In this document: in pieces, positions 25,483-32,961 of the stretch
Numbering within the stretch: position 1 is the first letter of the stretch
Layout of the letters: each line of letters starts with the position of its first letter
DNA from: Alphaproteobacteria bacterium
Lineage (GTDB): Bacteria > Pseudomonadota > Alphaproteobacteria > GCA-2731375
Direction of reading: 5' to 3'
NCBI GenBank assembly: GCA_965225945.1
Contig: CBDDBZ010000008.1
Span: 1 to 32,961 of the forward strand
DNA length: 32,961 bases
Notes under the pieces: model-generated
The model's input: only the letters and a program-made list of their open reading frames with translations
Told to the model about the DNA's origin: nothing
Databases searched by the model: none
Made by a program: the position numbers and the translations under genes

Positions 25483-26309
25483 GCCGCGACCCTCTGTTCC
25501 TCCCGTTTCAGCATCTCGCTCGCCAGTCGCATGTAGGCAATACTGCCGGCGCAGCGATGGTCGTAGAACATCGCCGGCGTGCCGTGGCTGGGGGCCTCGG
25601 AGATGCGGACGTTCCTCGGGATCATGGTGTCGTAGACCTTTTCGCCCAGATGGCCCCGAACGTCGTCCGCGACCTGGCCGGCGAGCTTGTTGCGGCCATC
25701 GTACATGGTGAGGACGATGCCCTGAATTTCGAGCGCGGGGTTGTGCGCGCGGCGCAGCCGCTCGATCGTGCCGAGCAGCATGGAGAGCCCCTCGAGCGCG
25801 AAAAATTCGCACTGCAAGGGCACCATCACCGAATGGGCCGCCACCAGGGCGTTCACCGTCAGGAGGCCGAGCGAGGGCGGGCAGTCGATCATCACGAAGT
25901 CGTAGTCGGACCGCGCCCCCGCCAGCGCCCGGGCCAACCGCCGGGTGCGATGCTCTAGATCGATCAGCTCGATCTCGGCGCCCGAGAGGTCGGCGGTGGA
26001 GGGCACGATGTCGAGGCCGGGGACCAGGGTCCGCCGCGTCACGCCTCCGAGGTCCCCCTGGCCGATCAGCAGGGCATAGGTGCCGCCGCCGCGATCCCCC
26101 CGCATCAGGCCGAGGCCGGTGCTGGCGTTCCCCTGGGGGTCGAGATCGACGATCAGCACCCGCTTGCCGACGCAGGCGAGGCCGGTCGCGAGGTTGATCG
26201 TGGTCGTGGTCTTGCCGACGCCACCTTTCTGGTTGGCGACGGCGATAATGCGGTGGGTATTGGCGTCAATCGGCGTCGTTGACGCCGGCCGAATCGGGAT
26301 TTCGTTCAC
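25479..26309 (-). CDS. parA: Chromosome partitioning ATPase ParA
   Basis: ANQKGGVGKTTT, DLDPQGNA, IDCPPSLG, PLQCEFFALEG and IPRNVRISEAPS. The GTG start overlaps the rsmG end. Confidence 0.95.
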   Translation of the reverse strand: MNEIPIRPASTTPIDANTHRIIAVANQKGGVGKTTTTINLATGLACVGKRVLIVDLDPQGNASTGLGLMRGDRGGGTYALLIGQGDLGGVTRRTLVPGLDIVPSTADLSGAEIELIDLEHRTRRLARALAGARSDYDFVMIDCPPSLGLLTVNALVAAHSVMVPLQCEFFALEGLSMLLGTIERLRRAHNPALEIQGIVLTMYDGRNKLAGQVADDVRGHLGEKVYDTMIPRNVRISEAPSHGTPAMFYDHRCAGSIAYMRLASEMLKREEQRVAA

Positions 26310-26922
26310 GGGTCACCTCGCTCAGGCGCAATACCGTGCCGTGGGAATCGCTGAGACTGGGCATACGCTCGAGCCGCATTTTCCAATATTTTGTGGCTTG
26401 GGTCAATTCTTTGTCGATATCTTGTCCCTTGAGCAGCAAAAAAACACTCTTTTCGTTGATTTGTGCCTCGACGAGATCGAGCAATCGCGGCAGGGGCGCG
26501 AAGGCCCGCGCCGTGATCACGTCGGGTTCGAGCGAATCGAGCCGTTCCAGCCGTCCCCGGTGCAGCGTGATCGCGCTCTCCGTCAGGCGCGCCGCCTCGG
26601 CCAGAAACGTCGCCTTGCGGCCGTCGCTTTCCACCAGATGCACCTCGCCGGCGCCGAGGATGGCCAGCACAAGACCCGGAAAGCCGGCGCCGCTGCCAAG
26701 ATCGAGCCAGCGCGTCGCCCCCGCCGGCGCATGGGCCAGCAATTGGGCTGAATCCTGTACATGGCGGCGCCAGGCATCGGCCAGGGTCGAGCGGCCGACG
26801 AGGTTGATCGCCGGGTTCCACTTTTCCAGCAACGCCAGGTGGAGGGCGAGGCGGGCCCGTGTTTCACGTGAAACGGGAAGCGTCCGGGCGAATCCCTCGG
26901 GTCCGAGCGGCGGGGCGATCAG
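26266..26922 (-). CDS. rsmG: 16S rRNA m7G527 methyltransferase RsmG (GidB), probable CTG start
   Basis: [47 protein letters not shown] and LKG. The frame is open upstream of the track's TTG through VSRET to a CTG overlapping the mnmG TGA. Confidence 0.9.
   Translation of the reverse strand: MIAPPLGPEGFARTLPVSRETRARLALHLALLEKWNPAINLVGRSTLADAWRRHVQDSAQLLAHAPAGATRWLDLGSGAGFPGLVLAILGAGEVHLVESDGRKATFLAEAARLTESAITLHRGRLERLDSLEPDVITARAFAPLPRLLDLVEAQINEKSVFLLLKGQDIDKELTQATKYWKMRLERMPSLSDSHGTVLRLSEVTRERNPDSAGVNDAD
26860..26875. other. parS: parS site inside the rsmG coding sequence
   Basis: TGTTTCACGTGAAACG, 15/16 to the consensus TGTTNCACGTGAAACA; perfect 14-bp palindrome. Confidence 0.9.
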
Positions 26923-28781
26923 ACCGCCTCGCGGGCCGTGCGGCGGCGCGCCCGGGTCAGCAGGGCGGCGAGTGCCGCGGGCGTGATGCCGGGGATCCGA
27001 CCCGCCGCGCCGATCGTCGCCGGGCGGTGCCGCTTCAACGTCTCCCGCGCCTCGCCCGAGAGGCCGCCGATCGCGTCGTAATCGAGGTCGGCCGCCAGGC
27101 TCAATGCCTCTTCCCGGCGGAAAGCGACGATATCGGCCTCCTGGCGCGCCAAATAGCCCTGATAATGGGCGTCGATTTCAACCTGCGCGGCGACATCGGC
27201 CGGCGCCGCGCCGAGTTCCGGCCAGATCGCCGCGAGGCGAGCGAGCGTCACGTCCTTATAAGCCAGCACCTCGAAGGCGGTGCGGCGTTTGCCGTCGAGG
27301 TTGATCTCGATACCGCGCGCACGCCAATCGTTGGGGCTGAGGTCGAGGTCGGCGAGGCGTTCGGACAATGACGCCAACGCCGACGCCTTGGCGCGGTACG
27401 CCGCCCGCCGCTCGGGCCCGACGCAGCCGAGCGCGATGCCGGCCTCGGTCAGCCGCCGGTCGGCGTTGTCCGCCCGGAGCCGCAGCCGGTACTCCGCCCG
27501 GCTGGTGAACATGCGGTAGGGCTCCGTCACGCCGCGCGTCACCAGGTCGTCGATCATCACGCCGAGATAGGCCTCGGTCCGGTCGGGCAGGTAGGCCTCG
27601 CCGCCCGACGCCTCGAGCGCGGCGTTCAGGCCGGCGATCAGGCCCTGGGCCGCCGCCTCCTCGTAGCCGGTGGTGCCGTTGATCTGTCCGGCGAGGTAAA
27701 GCCCCGGCAGGCGCCGTGCCTCCAACCCCGGGGACAATTCGCGCGGATCGACATAGTCGTATTCGATGGCGTAACCGGGGCGCAGGATTTCCGACCGCTC
27801 CAACCCGGGAATGGTCGCCAGCAGGGCCGCCTGGACCTCGCGCGGCAGCGAGGTCGAGATCCCGTTCGGATAAACCGTGTCGTCGTCGAGACCCTCCGGC
27901 TCCAGGAAGATCTGGTGGCGTTCCCGGTCGGCGAAGCGGACGATCTTGTCCTCGATGGACGGACAGTACCGCGGCCCGGTCGACTCGATCCGCCCCGAAT
28001 ACATCGGCGAGCGCTCGAGGTTGGCGCGAATGACGGCGTGGCCGGGCGGCCCGGTGTGGGTAATGTGGCAATTCACCTGTGGCGTCGTAGTGGCGGCGGT
28101 GAGGAAGGAGAAGAAACTCGGATCGTCGTCGCCGGGCTGGGCGTCGAGGCCGGCCCAGTCGATGGTGCGGCCGTCTAGGCGGGGCGGCGTTCCGGTCTTG
28201 AGCCGACCCATGGCAAAGCCCAGCGCCTGAATCCGCCGGGCGAGGCCGATGGCCGGCGCTTCGCCGGCCCGGCCGGCCGGCCAGGACTCCTCTCCCAGGT
28301 GAATGAGCCCCCTAAGGAACGTGCCCGTGGTCAGCACCACCCGGCCGGCGGCGATGCGAGCGCCCTCGGCGGTAACGATGCCGGCGACGCGCCCACCCTT
28401 GACGATCAGGTCCTCCACGGCCGCCGCCATGACGTCGAGACCCTCGGTCCCGGCGATCGCGGCCTGCATTGCCTGGCGGTAGAGCTTGCGGTCGGCCTGG
28501 GCGCGGGGCCCCCGCACGGCCGGACCCTTGCGCCGGTTCAAAAGGCGGAACTGGATCCCGGCCCGGTCGGCGACCCGGCCCATCAGCCCGTCGAGGGCGT
28601 CGACCTCGCGCGCCAGATGGCCCTTGCCGAGGCCGCCGATCGCCGGATTGCAGGACATCTCGCCGATGGTGTCGAGCCGGTGGGTCGCCAGCAGGGTGCG
28701 GGCGCCCGTCCGCGCCGAGGCCGCCGCCGCTTCCGTGCCGGCATGACCGCCGCCGATGACGATGACGTCGTAGCCGCTCAT
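26919..28781 (-). CDS. mnmG: tRNA uridine-5-carboxymethylaminomethyl modification enzyme MnmG (GidA)
   Basis: [67 protein letters not shown] and [13 protein letters not shown]. Confidence 0.97.
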   Translation of the reverse strand: MSGYDVIVIGGGHAGTEAAAASARTGARTLLATHRLDTIGEMSCNPAIGGLGKGHLAREVDALDGLMGRVADRAGIQFRLLNRRKGPAVRGPRAQADRKLYRQAMQAAIAGTEGLDVMAAAVEDLIVKGGRVAGIVTAEGARIAAGRVVLTTGTFLRGLIHLGEESWPAGRAGEAPAIGLARRIQALGFAMGRLKTGTPPRLDGRTIDWAGLDAQPGDDDPSFFSFLTAATTTPQVNCHITHTGPPGHAVIRANLERSPMYSGRIESTGPRYCPSIEDKIVRFADRERHQIFLEPEGLDDDTVYPNGISTSLPREVQAALLATIPGLERSEILRPGYAIEYDYVDPRELSPGLEARRLPGLYLAGQINGTTGYEEAAAQGLIAGLNAALEASGGEAYLPDRTEAYLGVMIDDLVTRGVTEPYRMFTSRAEYRLRLRADNADRRLTEAGIALGCVGPERRAAYRAKASALASLSERLADLDLSPNDWRARGIEINLDGKRRTAFEVLAYKDVTLARLAAIWPELGAAPADVAAQVEIDAHYQGYLARQEADIVAFRREEALSLAADLDYDAIGGLSGEARETLKRHRPATIGAAGRIPGITPAALAALLTRARRRTAREAV

Positions 28782-28858
28782 TGTTCGCTATCCGCCGTGC
28801 CCGTCGAGTTCGCCGGGAATGTAGGGACCGGACAATGCGAAGTCAAAAGCGGCGGCGG

Positions 28859-28874
28859 CGTTTCACGTGAAGCA
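28859..28874. other. parS: Second parS site in the mnmE-mnmG intergenic region
   Basis: CGTTTCACGTGAAGCA, 14/16 to consensus. The position upstream of gidA matches the Caulobacter parS region. Confidence 0.8.
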
Positions 28875-28888
28875 GACGCGCGAGTGGC

Positions 28889-30223
28889 CTATTTGCCAAT
28901 GCAGAATTCGGAAAACACAATATCTAGTATATCTTCGACGTCGACCCGCCCGGTGATGCGGCCGAGCGCCCGGGCCGCCAGGCGCAGGTCCTCGGCCGAT
29001 AGTTCCGCCGCCCCCGCGTCTTTGGCCCGGCCGAGCGCCTGGCGGCAGGCTTCGAGCGCGCTGCGGTGGCGGGCCCGGGTCACGACCGGCGCCCCCTGGC
29101 CATCGAGCCGGCGCGACGCCTCCCGGGCGAGCGCGGCCAGAACGTCGTCGAGCCCGCGGCCGGTCCGCAGGGACAGGGGCCAGGGGACCAGGCCGGAGAA
29201 ACGGGCGGGCGGCGGCGCCAGATCGGTCTTGTTGGCGAGCACCAGGGTGTCGGCGGCGAAATCCAGATCCAGGCTATCCGGCGCGGGCGGCGCGGCCGTG
29301 TCGATGACGACGAGGCGGAGGTCGGCCTCCGCGCCCCGGGCCCGGGCCCGGCGCACGCCCTCCGCCTCGACCAGGTCGTCGCTCGCCCGGAGGCCCGCCG
29401 TATCGGCCAGAATCAGCGGATAGCCGTCGAGCTCGAGCCGTACCTCGAGCACGTCGCGGGTGGTGCCGGGCTGCTCGGCGACGATGGCGACGTCGCGCCG
29501 GGCGAGCGCGTTCAACAAGCTGGACTTCCCGGCGTTGGGTGGACCGAGGATCGCCACCCGCAGGCCGTCGCGCAGCCGCTCGCCCCGCCCCTCGTCGGCG
29601 AGATGGGCGCCGATTTCCGCCGAAAGCGCGGCGATCTCCCCCGGCGGTCGCGGCCAGACCCCCTCGCCGACATCGCCCTCCTCCTCGCCGAAATCTATCT
29701 CCGCTTCGATTCCCGCCAACAGGCGCAGCAGGCGCCCGCGCCACGCCTCGTAAAGCCCGCCGAGCCGTCCCGCCATCTGTTCCAATGCCTGGCGGCGCTG
29801 GCGGGCGGTATCGGCGGCGATCAAATCGGCGAGGCCCTCGGCCTCGGTCAGGTCCAGCTTGCCGGCGAGGAAGGCGCGGCGCGAGAATTCGCCGGGCTCG
29901 GCGGGGCGCAGGCCCGGCAGCCGGCCGAGCGCCTCCAGCACGCCGCCGACCACCGCCGGCCCGCCGTGCAGGTGCAATTCCGCCAGATCCTCGCCGCTGT
30001 AGCTCCCCGGCCCGGGAAACCACAGCACGAGGGCCTCGTCCAGGGCCTCGCCGTCGCGCGGATCGTCGAGCCGGCGGCGGCTGGCCTGGCGGGGTGTCGG
30101 TGGATCGGCGCGGGTCAGCGCCCGCAGCGCCGCGCCTGCCTCGGAGCCCGAAATTCGGAGAACCGCGATGCCGGCGCGGCCTCGGCCGCTGGCCAGCGCG
30201 AAGATGGTTGCGCCGTCGGCCAT
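28889..30223 (-). CDS. mnmE: tRNA modification GTPase MnmE (TrmE)
   Basis: TIFALAS, SYSGEDLAELHLHGG, GPPNAGKSS, PGTTRD, DTAG, NKTD and C-terminal FCIGK. Confidence 0.97.
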   Translation of the reverse strand: MADGATIFALASGRGRAGIAVLRISGSEAGAALRALTRADPPTPRQASRRRLDDPRDGEALDEALVLWFPGPGSYSGEDLAELHLHGGPAVVGGVLEALGRLPGLRPAEPGEFSRRAFLAGKLDLTEAEGLADLIAADTARQRRQALEQMAGRLGGLYEAWRGRLLRLLAGIEAEIDFGEEEGDVGEGVWPRPPGEIAALSAEIGAHLADEGRGERLRDGLRVAILGPPNAGKSSLLNALARRDVAIVAEQPGTTRDVLEVRLELDGYPLILADTAGLRASDDLVEAEGVRRARARGAEADLRLVVIDTAAPPAPDSLDLDFAADTLVLANKTDLAPPPARFSGLVPWPLSLRTGRGLDDVLAALAREASRRLDGQGAPVVTRARHRSALEACRQALGRAKDAGAAELSAEDLRLAARALGRITGRVDVEDILDIVFSEFCIGK

Positions 30224-30248
30224 CGCGGGTGCGCGGGGCGCGGGCGGC

Positions 30249-30625
30249 TTACTCCGCCGCCTGGCCCATCTGTTCGAGGCGGAGCTCTTCCTGGTCGAGG
30301 TCCAGCCATCAACCGCGCGACCCGGCCGCCGCCGATAACGTGGGTTTGCAGGATTTCGTCGAGGTCCCCGCTCGTGCGGTAGGTGTACCAGGTACCCTCG
30401 GGATAGATCACCATGGTCGGGCCGAGTTCACAGCGGTCCGAGGCAACCGGCGATGTTCACCCGGACGTCGTCGAGCTTGAGCTGTTTCGCCTTGGCCTTC
30501 AGGTAGTTGCGAAGCCTGACCGCATCCTTCTCCATGCAGCAGCCGCGCGGATGGCCCGGCTGGCGCTCGTTGGTGCAGCAGAAGATGTGGCTGCGGTAAA
30601 ACTGCCCCTTGGTCTCGGCGTTCAC
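30249..30625 (-). CDS. Thioredoxin-like (2Fe-2S) ferredoxin, split by two apparent +1 frameshifts
   Basis: HIFCCTNER..HPRGCC...RVNIAGCL / DRCELGPTMVIYPEGTWY...RVARLM / LDLDQEEL...AAE-TAA. Removing one base near 30440 and one near 30306 restores a single ORF (377 nt = 375+2). Confidence 0.8.
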
Positions 30626-30640
30626 GGTTCTTGGCCCCTC

Positions 30641-30892
30641 CTAATCCCGTTTGGGCGTGCCCGTGCCCGAAAATCCACTGAAGAAGGCCTTTTGCAGGCG
30701 CTCCCAACCCTCCGCGCCGCCGGCCGGCATCCAGGTCTTCAGCAGCGCCTCGGGATCGCTTGCCCGCACGAAGGCACTCATCCGTTGCGCCAGCTCCTCG
30801 GCGAGCTTCTCCTGCATGGCGCCCACATCGGGAAGGCCCAGGGCCGCGCGGGCTTCTTCCGGCGTGCAGTCGATCTCGATGCTGATCTTCAT
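30641..30892 (-). CDS. DUF6489-like small protein
   Basis: MKISIEIDCTPEEARAALGLPDV..MQ...DPEALLKTW, typical of this alphaproteobacterial family. Confidence 0.75.
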   Translation of the reverse strand: MKISIEIDCTPEEARAALGLPDVGAMQEKLAEELAQRMSAFVRASDPEALLKTWMPAGGAEGWERLQKAFFSGFSGTGTPKRD

Positions 30893-31013
30893 GGCCCCTG
30901 GATCCCGTGCTAGGTTGCCCCGGCGCTGGGTCGCCACCCTATGCGAGGCCGTGCGCCCGCGCAACGACCACCGAGGCAGCCACCCATCCCTCTCAACCGT
31001 GAAAGTGATCGCC

Positions 31014-32961
<1,948 letters not shown>

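Overview
High-GC alphaproteobacterial (Rhodospirillales-like) chromosomal window around the probable replication origin. Left arm: rho (5' part), a class IV aminotransferase, a cNMP-binding/FHA protein, and hemJ-hemH-DUF6455-hemE. The hemE/ppsR(DUF299) intergenic region has the hallmarks of oriC: an AT-rich patch, degenerate DnaA-box-like 9-mers and six GANTC sites. Directly after ppsR, where maf-aroE-coaE-dnaQ usually lie, is a tandem array of four paralogous PAPS-dependent sulfotransferase genes, one with an in-frame amber codon. Next come a porin and DUF3576-leuS-holA (no lptE). A 7.6 kb accessory segment sits between holA and parB: a low-GC TPR-sulfotransferase, a 135-bp MITE-like element, a ThDP enzyme, a 930-bp IS5/IS1031-like element, a TauD-family dioxygenase and an MmgE/PrpD protein. 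The right arm holds parB-parA-rsmG-mnmG-mnmE with two parS sites, then a 2Fe-2S ferredoxin, DUF6489 and a YyaL/SSP411 gene; the ferredoxin and YyaL genes carry several single-base frameshifts that are probably sequencing errors. The best candidate for an undescribed system is the origin-proximal cluster of five sulfotransferases plus the nearby TauD/ThDP/PrpD operon. All calls come from reading the sequence by eye; no database searches were run.
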